Positions 29,286-38,821 of a DNA stretch of 64,000 bases are shown piece after piece. The position numbers and the translations under genes are program-made. Below the pieces are notes generated by a model. The model made no database searches and was not told the DNA's origin. It was given only the letters and a program-made list of their open reading frames with translations. Each line of letters opens with the position of its first letter. The first letter of the stretch is position 1. The stretch comes from a virus. Where the stretch lies: the IMG/VR virus record IMGVR_UViG_3300017973_000001, positions 32,001 through 96,000 of that record, one strand, 5' to 3'.

Positions 29286-31139
29286 CTATGCAGTGACCTT
29301 CGTTTCTTTAACTTGTTTACCTATTAATTCCTTAATTAGTTGCTTAGCAGTAACTAGACCGACAACCTCAACACCATTATCTAGTAAGTTCTGAGCCATA
29401 CTCTCCTTACGATCCACGGTAGCTTTTACATGTTCATCTATTGTATCGACACATTGTAGGTAGTGAACTGTTACTGCGTTACGTTGACCGATACGGTGGG
29501 CCCTTGAGAAAGCTTGCTCTACATATGCATAAGACCATTCTAAGTCAGTAAATACAACGTGAGTAGCTTTAGTAAGTGTCAGCCCCTCACGACAAGCAGT
29601 AGAGGTACCTAAGAATATTTTAGATGAGTCATCTTTTTGGAACTTATATACTTGGAGCTGACGTTCAGACGTAGTTCTATCTTCAACTAACTTTTCACGT
29701 TCTTTCTGAGTTAACCGGCTCCACTTAGTTCCGTATTCACGTTTCAACTCACGTACTGCTGAAGTAATTGTTTTACCTTGAGCGTCCACGTCTCCATGAA
29801 TAATTGCCGGATTGTAGTGAGCATATCGTTCTTCAAGAAGGTGGATGAGTGACTTAAATCTACTGAACACGATAACCTTTTCGCCACCCTCGATTAAATC
29901 CTCTAGTAAATCATCTAATGCTTTTAACTTAGCTGAGTCATCTTTTCCACCGATTAAAGCCGGGGTGTTCGTGATCTGCTGAAGCCTCATCAATTTAGCT
30001 AAGCTAGATGGTATTTGCTCAAGGGACGTATCGGTTAAATCCTCAAGTATCTCACGTTTAACTGCATTGTATAGTTTCTTCTGTCCAGGAGTCATTTCTA
30101 TTTTAATTGTTCTAAAAGTAACTTCCGGAAGTTCCTTCAGCTTATCTATCTTTCTTCTACGTAACATGTTTCTTTGAATATTCGTTTTTAACTCAAGTAT
30201 ATTTTGATACCCAATTACTTCCTTACCACCATATCCACCTAAGATAGCATATCTTTGTTGGAACTCAAACCAATGCATATCTACTTGCTTACCTAACTTC
30301 AAGTAGTTATAAGCTTCAAGTGGTGAGTTGGGAAGGGGGGTGGCCGTTAAGATATACTTACATTTAAACGGGATCTTATGGATAGAGTCACCCATCTTAG
30401 ACATAGGGTTTTTAATCTTATGTGCTTCATCCAGGACGATGAAATCTAGTGATTTTTTAGTGTCCAGGTGTTGGAAACACGGGTAAGTATCACGGAAAGT
30501 CTCATAACTAACTATAATAAATGTCCAATCGTCTGAGTAAGTAAGCTCACTAAACATTTTACTTCTCTGTTTTACATTACCAGTTAATACAACTGCTTTC
30601 TCATTAGTGTGCATATGAATTTCATCACGCCAGTTATAAACTAAGCTTGCTTTAGCTACAATAACACCACGTTTTACTTTACCGAGCTTTTTCTTGGCCT
30701 CCATAGCCGTAGCTACTTGCCAACTTTTACCAAGTCCTTGCTCATCTGCCAGGATTAAAAAGTCTTTCTCGACTAATAAGTTATGACCCTTTACTTGATA
30801 CTCACCCCACGGTGTAGTTTTAAATCCAGTACTATTAATAATCTTCCCAGTTAAATCATACTTAATTGAGTAACCAGGAGTAGTAGGGTAGGATGGAATA
30901 GTATCCTCACTAATCCCACCACCGTTAGGTTCCTCGTTATCCCAAACAATAAGGTGCTCAGCCATAAGACTATTAAATTTATCTAACTGAGAGTAGGGGA
31001 CTGCCCAACATTCCCTTACTGGTGAATAACTTGCTCCCGGAATAGTTCCCATCTTTTCTGTATATTCTTTGTTCTTTTTGAATGAGACTTTTAACCAGTC
31101 AGAATCATCAAAACCCTTAATTTTTTCTGCTTTAATCAT
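29286..31139 (-). CDS. SNF2-family helicase with N-terminal HARP-like segment
   Basis: LADEQGLGKS, DEAHKIKN, TATP, LRR, EGLTLTKA, QAFSRAHRIGQ. Confidence 0.93.
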   Translation of the reverse strand: MIKAEKIKGFDDSDWLKVSFKKNKEYTEKMGTIPGASYSPVRECWAVPYSQLDKFNSLMAEHLIVWDNEEPNGGGISEDTIPSYPTTPGYSIKYDLTGKIINSTGFKTTPWGEYQVKGHNLLVEKDFLILADEQGLGKSWQVATAMEAKKKLGKVKRGVIVAKASLVYNWRDEIHMHTNEKAVVLTGNVKQRSKMFSELTYSDDWTFIIVSYETFRDTYPCFQHLDTKKSLDFIVLDEAHKIKNPMSKMGDSIHKIPFKCKYILTATPLPNSPLEAYNYLKLGKQVDMHWFEFQQRYAILGGYGGKEVIGYQNILELKTNIQRNMLRRRKIDKLKELPEVTFRTIKIEMTPGQKKLYNAVKREILEDLTDTSLEQIPSSLAKLMRLQQITNTPALIGGKDDSAKLKALDDLLEDLIEGGEKVIVFSRFKSLIHLLEERYAHYNPAIIHGDVDAQGKTITSAVRELKREYGTKWSRLTQKEREKLVEDRTTSERQLQVYKFQKDDSSKIFLGTSTACREGLTLTKATHVVFTDLEWSYAYVEQAFSRAHRIGQRNAVTVHYLQCVDTIDEHVKATVDRKESMAQNLLDNGVEVVGLVTAKQLIKELIGKQVKETKVTA

Positions 31140-31743
31140 TTTGTTTCACCTCCATATATCTTCTATATACTGTAGTAAGAGAGAGTTTTAGAATCTTAGA
31201 AATCTCTCTAAAAGACTTTTGCTCAATATCTCTGAGTTTTATAATCTCATCTTTGAAATCACTATAAACTATACCGTACTCTCTTAATAGTTCCCAAACT
31301 GATTGACCTTTCATTCTTGCATGGTAATACAAACGGTCATATAGTTTCTTATCGATATAATTACCATTTTCTTTTACCATTTCTATTAACTCATCTAGGC
31401 TAGCAAATTTATCATATTCAATAATAAAACCTTCTTTAAGTAATGAGTCTGAAATTCCTCCGAAAGTGGATATATAATTATATATATTTCTATTTTCTTT
31501 TCTTAATTTTGTAAGATTTACCTTCTCTCCATGATTATAGAGAAGGTACATAATACATTTATCATAACTTTTTAATCCTCTTTGGTCATCTAAGATCATA
31601 ATTCCTTGCTCATCTAATTCTTTAGATAACCTCACACTATTACTTTTATAGTAAGAGAAAAGAGGGTAGTTTGTTCTTCTTAATACTGATAAAGGAAGAA
31701 CATTATTTCTTGCTAAACTACTTAGAATTTTAGGTATACTCAT
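31132..31743 (-). CDS. protein with C-terminal HTH
   Basis: KSFREISKILKLSLTTVYRRY. Confidence 0.7.
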   Translation of the reverse strand: MSIPKILSSLARNNVLPLSVLRRTNYPLFSYYKSNSVRLSKELDEQGIMILDDQRGLKSYDKCIMYLLYNHGEKVNLTKLRKENRNIYNYISTFGGISDSLLKEGFIIEYDKFASLDELIEMVKENGNYIDKKLYDRLYYHARMKGQSVWELLREYGIVYSDFKDEIIKLRDIEQKSFREISKILKLSLTTVYRRYMEVKQND

Positions 31744-31976
31744 AAAAACACCCCCTTAATATTTATACTAAGGAGGTGGGGGAGGAGTTAAATTCCTACA
31801 TATTTAGCAACTTTAATATTTACAAAAGTTAGGATAGATAAAAGTATAGCTACTCTAAATAGCTCTAATATATTAAGGTGTATAATACTTCTAAAAAGGC
31901 TACCTAATAAGAAACAATAACAAATCAAATCTAGACCTAATAAACAGAATAAAGAAAAACAACCGACCATATCTAT

Positions 31977-32210
31977 CTATCTCCTAAATACATTCTCTGC
32001 ATTTTTAAAACTTTTCCCATTTTCTAAATCACTTTGTAACTGGAATACTAAGAAAACAATGTCCATCTTACTTACGTTTAATATACTAGCCATTTCATCA
32101 TAATCATGTTCTTTTTTATTAGTAATATATAAGTATATAACTTCTATTTTAGTTAGTTTCTCACTATTAAATAAATTCCTCAATTTATGCTCTAAAGACA
32201 TTTCCCTCAC
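31977..32210 (-). CDS. small HTH-like protein
   Basis: DYDEMASILNVSK. Confidence 0.5.
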   Translation of the reverse strand: MREMSLEHKLRNLFNSEKLTKIEVIYLYITNKKEHDYDEMASILNVSKMDIVFLVFQLQSDLENGKSFKNAENVFRR

Positions 32211-32369
32211 CTACAATATATCTATTTCTTTACATCTACGGCACTTCATACTTACTGAACCTTTTTTATAATCTTTACTTGCTTTAAACAAGAGGTGGTT
32301 ACAATTCTTACATCTTATATTAGTCCATTCATTATTCTTATTAAAAAATCTCTTTAATAAATTAAACAA
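32211..32369 (-). CDS. Mu Com-like zinc-ribbon protein
   Basis: IRCKNCNHLLFKA...KCRRCK closely follows the Com pattern; GGAGG before TTG. Confidence 0.75.
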   Translation of the reverse strand: MFNLLKRFFNKNNEWTNIRCKNCNHLLFKASKDYKKGSVSMKCRRCKEIDIL

Positions 32370-32636
32370 TTCAACCCTCCAAATAGAAGTATGCATATTT
32401 ATGTTCTGTTAGACCTAAAGGTAAATCTATTACTTTATACTCTATCCCGTTTAAAAACCATACATCACGATCCTCAATATACTGAACTTCCCAGTCCTCA
32501 ACGTTGAATAATCGGGCGAATAATTCTACAATTTCAGCGATATTTAACATACTTCTCCTCCATAGATAACTCCTAAATAATATAGGAGTTACCTATATTT
32601 TATCATTATTGGTTATTATATCCTATCGGTATATTC

Positions 32637-32912
32637 TTACTTTTTAGAATTTCTTTCTAAAATTTCCATAGGAATACTAGATAATAGATTTTTATATTCA
32701 GCTACTACATTTGAATATTTATCCACATGGCCACATTCATTAATCCATCCGTCACAATCTAATCTTCTAGAACCATCAAAAGATTGAGTCTTGTATACTG
32801 GACCTCTTGGTTTATGGCAAACTGGACATTCCCATTTCACGGTAACGTGAATACCGTCAGTGCCCCCATGTTCTTCTTTAGATGGAATAAATACTGTTTT
32901 AAAGTTATCCAT
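32637..32912 (-). CDS. hypothetical zinc-binding protein
   Basis: CPVC...CGH; GAGGAGG RBS. Confidence 0.65.
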   Translation of the reverse strand: MDNFKTVFIPSKEEHGGTDGIHVTVKWECPVCHKPRGPVYKTQSFDGSRRLDCDGWINECGHVDKYSNVVAEYKNLLSSIPMEILERNSKK

Positions 32913-32923
32913 TTTAAACCTCC

Positions 32924-33187
32924 TCAATAATAAATGTATTCAATAGCTGAGTGTCTTATATAAGCTACCTCTTTACCGTTAGGTGTCTTAGATTTAAAGT
33001 ATTCAACGTGCCAATCGTCTTTTAATTTCAACTCATTATTATAATGTAGCTCAACTTCTAACGCTTGATAATTTACATTACCAATTTTCTTTTTAAACGT
33101 AGAATTTTTTATTTCTCTTGCGTTATCTATAATATATTGTAGTTCCTTCGTACTTTTAGGTGATACGCAATTATAACGGTATTCCAA
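32924..33187 (-). CDS. hypothetical protein
   Basis: AGGAGGAG RBS. Confidence 0.65.
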   Translation of the reverse strand: MEYRYNCVSPKSTKELQYIIDNAREIKNSTFKKKIGNVNYQALEVELHYNNELKLKDDWHVEYFKSKTPNGKEVAYIRHSAIEYIYY

Positions 33188-33215
33188 AATACTCCTCCTT
33201 AATAATAATAATTAA

Positions 33216-33536
33216 TCATTTTATTAGCCCTTTATTAAATAACTCTTTTTTATGTCCTCTATGCGATTTCATGTATTCCTTATGTTTTTCTTTATCATAA
33301 TATCGACCGTCTTTTTGCCTTTCAGCAAATTGTTGTTTAGCTTTTTCTTTCCTTTCGGGAAATAAAGTGAATTGAATTAACCGTTTACTGACATTGTATT
33401 TCCTAGCTAACGCATTAATACTAACTGTGCCAGTTTCATATTCTTTCTTAATGTTTTCTTTATCTACATCTGTTAGTTTGACTCGTTTATCTAGTTTTTG
33501 ATTATTGATTGGGATATTTTCAAATTGATAAGGCAT
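33216..33536 (-). CDS. HTH protein
   Basis: KLT...I.......SINALARKYNVSKRLI. Confidence 0.7.
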   Translation of the reverse strand: MPYQFENIPINNQKLDKRVKLTDVDKENIKKEYETGTVSINALARKYNVSKRLIQFTLFPERKEKAKQQFAERQKDGRYYDKEKHKEYMKSHRGHKKELFNKGLIK

Positions 33537-33586
33537 AATTCCTCCTAGAATATTTTAACCATCCCGGAAGGGGGAGGTTAGATTAA

Positions 33587-34192
33587 TCAACCATAAACCC
33601 ATTCACCAAATATAGCGTATTGAATAATACCATCACAATCACCTGCGTCAATTTGACCAGTCTCTAACTGATTACGATTATTAATATAATTTGAAAGAGT
33701 ACCTTGTTTAGCACGGTGGGTTAAGAACATATTAATCCCAACTACCATACGTTCTACATTAAGTGGGAACTCCGGTAGATCATCATTGTCACCAGGGGTA
33801 ATATCTACATGACCATCTTCTTTAATACATTTATAAGCCCAGTTAATGTAACCTATATCTGAAGGCTTTTCTTCAGAAGGGTGGGTACCTTTGATATTGG
33901 CTATCCAGTAGTCGCTACCACCTTCGAATGAGCCTACAACTATATCTTCAATATCTTGTTTAGTAATCTTAATATTAAGGCTGACTGGCACAAGAATTTC
34001 TTCAATAACTTCAAAATCATCCATTTCAATACTAGTCATAGGTTGCCCTTTTAAATAAATGGACTTACGCCCGTTATGCTCATAAATATCTGAAATATAA
34101 TAACTATCTGAACATCTGATATGTGGGTATTTCTCAGTAACATTAACCCCATCCTTAAATTTAATACGTGTTCCTTTTTTAATTGTTTCCAT
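33587..34192 (-). CDS. hypothetical phage protein
   Basis: EGGSDYW...D.IIQYAIFGEWVYG. Confidence 0.7.
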   Translation of the reverse strand: METIKKGTRIKFKDGVNVTEKYPHIRCSDSYYISDIYEHNGRKSIYLKGQPMTSIEMDDFEVIEEILVPVSLNIKITKQDIEDIVVGSFEGGSDYWIANIKGTHPSEEKPSDIGYINWAYKCIKEDGHVDITPGDNDDLPEFPLNVERMVVGINMFLTHRAKQGTLSNYINNRNQLETGQIDAGDCDGIIQYAIFGEWVYG

Positions 34193-34373
34193 TATTATCA
34201 TCCTCCGGTTTAGTAGTTTCTAACTCTTTAATAATTTCATTATAGTCTTCGAACGTATCTTTACAGTCACAACTAACGTGTCCAGGACCATTTGCACGTT
34301 CACAACAATCATCTAGCCATTTTATATCATCTTTTATTAAACCAATAACATAAGATATTTGATGTGTTTTCAT
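34179..34373 (-). CDS. hypothetical protein
   Basis: AGGAGG RBS. Confidence 0.55.
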   Translation of the reverse strand: MKTHQISYVIGLIKDDIKWLDDCCERANGPGHVSCDCKDTFEDYNEIIKELETTKPEDDNNGNN

Positions 34374-34391
34374 AAAATCCTCCTTTGAGGA

Positions 34392-35150
34392 TTACACGGC
34401 TTTAATACCAGTATAATCCTCTAGATATATTGGTTGTTTTCCTTTCATGAACATGGTGTGACCAATTTTCTTTTCTAGTTCAACGTACTCTCTATATAAA
34501 TCCGGATTTTGCTCAGCTCCGTGCCTCAGATCATTAAGGCAACCCATAATGCAAAATACACAACTTAATCTCTCATTCTTCTCATAAGCCCAAAATGGTT
34601 TCTCACCGGCAGAATAGATAGTTTCAAAAACTTCTTCTGTAGTTAAGTAGAATATAGGGAGCCAGTCATAAATATGCCTTACTACACGTCCATTACAACT
34701 TTCACGTTTATTATATTCAAATGGATTTTTCTTAGCTCTAGCAGAAGATTCTTGAGCTCTTAATCCCATACAGTTAATTCCAATCGTAGCCCCACGTTCT
34801 TTTAAGTCATTACGAATGAACTTAAATATAGGGCCACGTTTTAAGTCACTCGTACATTGACGGTAAGCAGAGCTTGGCCAGTAGCGTCTTTGTTCAACCA
34901 TTTCAAAAAAAGTCTTTTTAGCTCTTACTACATTTACGTCCGTGTAAGTGTATTCAAAAATATGCTCTCTAACACCGGGCCACTCAACCTTACCTAGATC
35001 AGCATGGACCACTACCAGTTGTTGAGGAGGGACTATATCTCTAAGAAGTATATACATAGATTGGGAGTCTTTCCCTCCGGAATGGGAGCAGTAAAATACT
35101 GCTCCTTCTTCAGCTAGGTTAGAAATCTCTAAAGGCATATAGATTTTCAT
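34392..35150 (-). CDS. PAPS reductase-family (PP-loop) protein
   Basis: SHSGGKDS, HADLG.VEW, CTSDLKRGP, GLRAQES..R, RLSCVFC. Confidence 0.88.
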   Translation of the reverse strand: MKIYMPLEISNLAEEGAVFYCSHSGGKDSQSMYILLRDIVPPQQLVVVHADLGKVEWPGVREHIFEYTYTDVNVVRAKKTFFEMVEQRRYWPSSAYRQCTSDLKRGPIFKFIRNDLKERGATIGINCMGLRAQESSARAKKNPFEYNKRESCNGRVVRHIYDWLPIFYLTTEEVFETIYSAGEKPFWAYEKNERLSCVFCIMGCLNDLRHGAEQNPDLYREYVELEKKIGHTMFMKGKQPIYLEDYTGIKAV

Positions 35151-35346
35151 TTTACTTATCCTCGTTATCTAGGAAACTCCCAAACTGAGCATATAATCTA
35201 ACTGCCAGTTCTTTTAAACTAGCAGTGTCCATTTTATCCAAAAAAGAAGGGGAGTATCCTTTTCTTTTAAGATATTCCACTGCTTGTTCTTCAGTAAGTC
35301 TCAAACTAACCACCCCCTTTAACAAGCAGTGGGGGAGGTGGGTGTA

Positions 35347-36318
35347 TTAAGCCGTCTTAGTTCTTCTACCGGGCTTAGCTACTAAGTGCCCTAGATTGTT
35401 CTCTTTAATAAACTGTTTACAAACTTCAGTCCATGTATATTTAAGAGTGCCACCATCTACTTTTATATCAATATCAACACCTTTGACTCTACATTGATAG
35501 AAACCGTGAATGAAAGTTAAACTACCACCGGCAAAAGATTTACCATAATTCATCTTGAAATAATTTACCAGTTCTTGTAGTTTGAAAGTTTTACTTTGGC
35601 TCTTTAAGCTATCTAAACCATTAGGGTTTAACTTAGTTCTTACAAAATACTCAAGTACTAAGTCTTTATCGTAATAGCCATTAGCAAATGGGTCAGTATC
35701 TTCAAAAACAGTATTTTTCACTTCAACCACCGGATCAGCTTTCTCCTCGATAGGTTCATTTTCTTCCTCGATAGGGTCATCACCGAACTCATCTTCTTCA
35801 GCAATTTCAATAACTTCAGTATCAACCTTTGATTCAACATTTTCAGTTGCAGTTGATGTAGCTTCTTCAAGCTTAAATACTTTCATAAGTAGACTTTCAA
35901 AAGCGTCTAGTTCCTCAAAGTCCATAGATAGTAAATCAATGGTTCCACCACGGCCTACTTTATCTACTGCTAGTAGAGGGAACACTTGGAACTTACCATG
36001 TTCAACATAAATTCTCACTTCATTCTTATCAGACTTGAATACCGTAGGTTTTTCAAAATCCCAATAAGTTGGATTAGCTTTTTGCTCTCCACCCTCACGG
36101 ATCAAGTTGTTCACCATTTGTAGTTCATTGAATAAATCTTGTAATACTTCAGCACTGAAGCTAGTAACATCAAGTGTAGCTCCACGGCCAACTTTACCAC
36201 TGAATTTAGGGAATACTTGAACCTTACCATGCCCATTGAAGAAACGGATTTCATTACGAACATTTGAAATTACTTCCGGTGTTTCTACTTCCCAATACTT
36301 TACATAACCTCTAGCCAT
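35347..36318 (-). CDS. protein with tandem duplicated ~75-aa N-terminal domain
   Basis: YW..E.P.....NE.R....HGK.QVFP.....VGRG.T.D occurs twice. Confidence 0.75.
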   Translation of the reverse strand: MARGYVKYWEVETPEVISNVRNEIRFFNGHGKVQVFPKFSGKVGRGATLDVTSFSAEVLQDLFNELQMVNNLIREGGEQKANPTYWDFEKPTVFKSDKNEVRIYVEHGKFQVFPLLAVDKVGRGGTIDLLSMDFEELDAFESLLMKVFKLEEATSTATENVESKVDTEVIEIAEEDEFGDDPIEEENEPIEEKADPVVEVKNTVFEDTDPFANGYYDKDLVLEYFVRTKLNPNGLDSLKSQSKTFKLQELVNYFKMNYGKSFAGGSLTFIHGFYQCRVKGVDIDIKVDGGTLKYTWTEVCKQFIKENNLGHLVAKPGRRTKTA

Positions 36319-36420
36319 TTTAAATACTCTCCTTTTGTGCTCTTGGCACTATTTATGTAGGTATTAAAATACCCCATTGAAAAACCCCTCCGAATAGGGG
36401 AGGGGTTAATCTAGCGATAT

Positions 36421-36636
36421 TTAATTCTTCATAATAGCCAGTATTTCTTTTGCCGTTTTTATATCTTCTTTAGGATTTTCACAATCAATTAGATTGTTCT
36501 CAATATTATGTAGCTCATTTTCAACAATACCTCCAACTATGGAAACTAGTGGAGAGTTATCTTCACGTTCTACGAAAAATAATTCCTTTGCGATACATTC
36601 AGCAATAAATTTTATGTGTTGCTCTTTGAACTCCAC
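36421..36636 (-). CDS. hypothetical protein
   Basis: AAGGAGGT RBS. Confidence 0.6.
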   Translation of the reverse strand: MEFKEQHIKFIAECIAKELFFVEREDNSPLVSIVGGIVENELHNIENNLIDCENPKEDIKTAKEILAIMKN

Positions 36637-36649
36637 AATTAAGACCTCC

Positions 36650-37264
36650 TTAATATTTATAAGTTACATTCTGTACACCATAGTAAGCATTGTTACCGTC
36701 AGCGTCAGTATCGCTACCGTCTCTTGTTAAATCCTTCAATTCAAAGAATAAACAGTATTTACCAGTCTGAGGAGCAACGAACGTTTGTGTAATTGTTTTT
36801 GCAGTTTTAAAGTCCATCACTCCGAATTTTTGTGGTGTACCTATGTCTGTTTTCTGAGTTAGTAAGTAATTATATGCAGTGAATAGAGCCCCACCATTAC
36901 CTTTATCCACACTATCCCATTGTGCAAATCTCACGGTTGCATAAGCAGTATTCAAAGTACCATTAAATGCGTTCTTAAAAACTAGGTGAGATAACATTTT
37001 AAAAGATACCGTGATCTTAGCTCCTTTTTTAACCACGTCAGTTGGTTCAGTTACAAGACCACCCGGTTCTGCAAAGTTAGCTGACCATGTTCTTTGATAG
37101 AATGAACCATTGTTAGCGTAGAAATTTTGATTCGCATAGCCAGGAGAAGATAAATACACTTTCTTAACAACTTTTACTTTTTGTGTTGTTGCTTCAGAAT
37201 GGGGAGGGGCTATTAAACAAGCTCCTACCAATAAAGACATTAATAATTTACCAGTACGTTTCAT
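36650..37264 (-). CDS. secreted protein (signal peptide)
   Basis: GAGGAGG RBS then MKRTGKLLMSLLVGACLIAPPHSEA. Confidence 0.7.
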   Translation of the reverse strand: MKRTGKLLMSLLVGACLIAPPHSEATTQKVKVVKKVYLSSPGYANQNFYANNGSFYQRTWSANFAEPGGLVTEPTDVVKKGAKITVSFKMLSHLVFKNAFNGTLNTAYATVRFAQWDSVDKGNGGALFTAYNYLLTQKTDIGTPQKFGVMDFKTAKTITQTFVAPQTGKYCLFFELKDLTRDGSDTDADGNNAYYGVQNVTYKY

Positions 37265-37265
37265 T

Positions 37266-37511
37266 TTACTTTTCCTCCTCTTTTTTAGGTATGAATGTAG
37301 GACTAAGACATACGCAATAACGGTGTCTATCTTCTTTAAGCTCACAATCTATGTAATACTCAATGTCATTGTCATACTCATCCTCTAATAGTTTCTTACC
37401 TTCCTCATCTAGTATTTTCTCAATGAAGTAGTTTACTAATCCTTGTGGTTCTTCAAATATTATTGTTTCTGTATGACAACCAGTATCACTAAATAATACT
37501 AGTACAACCAT
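37266..37511 (-). CDS. hypothetical protein
   Basis: GAGGAGGT RBS before ATG 37511. Confidence 0.6.
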   Translation of the reverse strand: MVVLVLFSDTGCHTETIIFEEPQGLVNYFIEKILDEEGKKLLEDEYDNDIEYYIDCELKEDRHRYCVCLSPTFIPKKEEEK

Positions 37512-37614
37512 ATGGACCTCCTCATTATACTTTTCGTCATAATTGTTGTAATTTTTTACCAATTGAAAAAACCCCAACCGGAAAGGGGTGGAGGAATTAA
37601 AAAAGGATTAACCA

Positions 37615-38007
37615 TCACACTTGTTTTTGAGCGTGTTGTTTAATCCATTCTATTACATATTCTATTGGTGGTCTTGTTTTGTCATTTGCTACCAGTGAAA
37701 CAAAGTCATAAACTTCTTCATCTGAAGCGATTAAATCGTAACCATTCAAATCAAGAAATGCTGACGTTGACATATACGCAGTACGTTTATTACCATCTTT
37801 AAAACAATGACCTGAAGCTAGAAAGAAAAGGTAAGCTCCGGCTTTATCAAATATTGTAGGGTATTTCTCAAAATCACCAAATCCGGAACATGGAATCATT
37901 AACTTTGCTTCAAGATTACCCGGTTCCCTACCTGGAAAGCCACCGTATAAGTCTAGTGCAACTTGGTGGATATATTCTACTTCATCAACTTCCAAGTAGA
38001 TAACCAT
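37615..38007 (-). CDS. doc: Doc/Fic-family toxin
   Basis: HCFKDGNKRTA Doc-type motif; YPTIFDKAGAY; FLDLNG. Confidence 0.9.
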   Translation of the reverse strand: MVIYLEVDEVEYIHQVALDLYGGFPGREPGNLEAKLMIPCSGFGDFEKYPTIFDKAGAYLFFLASGHCFKDGNKRTAYMSTSAFLDLNGYDLIASDEEVYDFVSLVANDKTRPPIEYVIEWIKQHAQKQV

Positions 38008-38147
38008 TAGTTTTTACTCAATCTTTCTAAAGCTTTACCGTTACGTGCAATAACTTTAGCAACGCTTTTTTCAATCATTTTTTGACGTTCTGTTTTTTCT
38101 TGTTTTTCTTTTAGTAACATTTCATCATCCCTCTTTTTCTCATCCAT
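38007..38147 (-). CDS. short Phd-like antitoxin
   Basis: 46 aa, overlaps doc start, ends VIARNGKALERLSKN; GGGGGTG RBS. Confidence 0.6.
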   Translation of the reverse strand: MDEKKRDDEMLLKEKQEKTERQKMIEKSVAKVIARNGKALERLSKN

Positions 38148-38280
38148 ACCGGACACCCCCAATCTATACTGAATAGTATATGATATGATAGGTTGTCCAG
38201 TTATAGGATAGTTTATTCTAAATATTATATAATTTAAGAATATTCGTCCACAAAAACTATTCGACAAATATTCATAAACA

Positions 38281-38811
38281 CTAGAGTAATATAACTTCTT
38301 CGATATAAGAATTTACTAACTCAGCTCCGTGAGTATCACGTTTCTCATTACCTATAATTAAATTATGCTTGTAAATTTTAGCAAGCAAGTCGTTAGGTAC
38401 ATTCATAGGAACTATTGTTTGAGGTACTGATCCACCCATAGCTACATGTTCACGTAATTCAATATCCGTAAATCGTTGTGAAGGGGCAAAAGAATAATCA
38501 CTTACACAAGTTAATGCCCAATTACATGAGGTAAGGTCTAGGTAATATAAAAGGTAAGGTGCCTTTTCAAATAACGTTTTCATGTATTCACGCATTTCCG
38601 GAATCTCAAATAATTCATCTGTTGTATCGTCATAAGCTGAAGTGAATAGGTTCAGACCTTGAAAGTGCTCTTTATTTAATTGTTTTAAGAAATTAACTAA
38701 CGGCTTTACATAGTTGTTAGTTATGTCTTCACCTTTAATTTGATAAATTATAACTGTTGTTTCTTTAGCTGATTTTCTACGTAAGCTCTCAGCTACCATT
38801 GGGTGTATCAT
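38281..38811 (-). CDS. DUF1817/CRR6-like protein
   Basis: YDD..DELFEIPEMREYM..L....P.LLYYL. Confidence 0.55.
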   Translation of the reverse strand: MIHPMVAESLRRKSAKETTVIIYQIKGEDITNNYVKPLVNFLKQLNKEHFQGLNLFTSAYDDTTDELFEIPEMREYMKTLFEKAPYLLYYLDLTSCNWALTCVSDYSFAPSQRFTDIELREHVAMGGSVPQTIVPMNVPNDLLAKIYKHNLIIGNEKRDTHGAELVNSYIEEVILL

Positions 38812-38821
38812 ATAATTCCTC

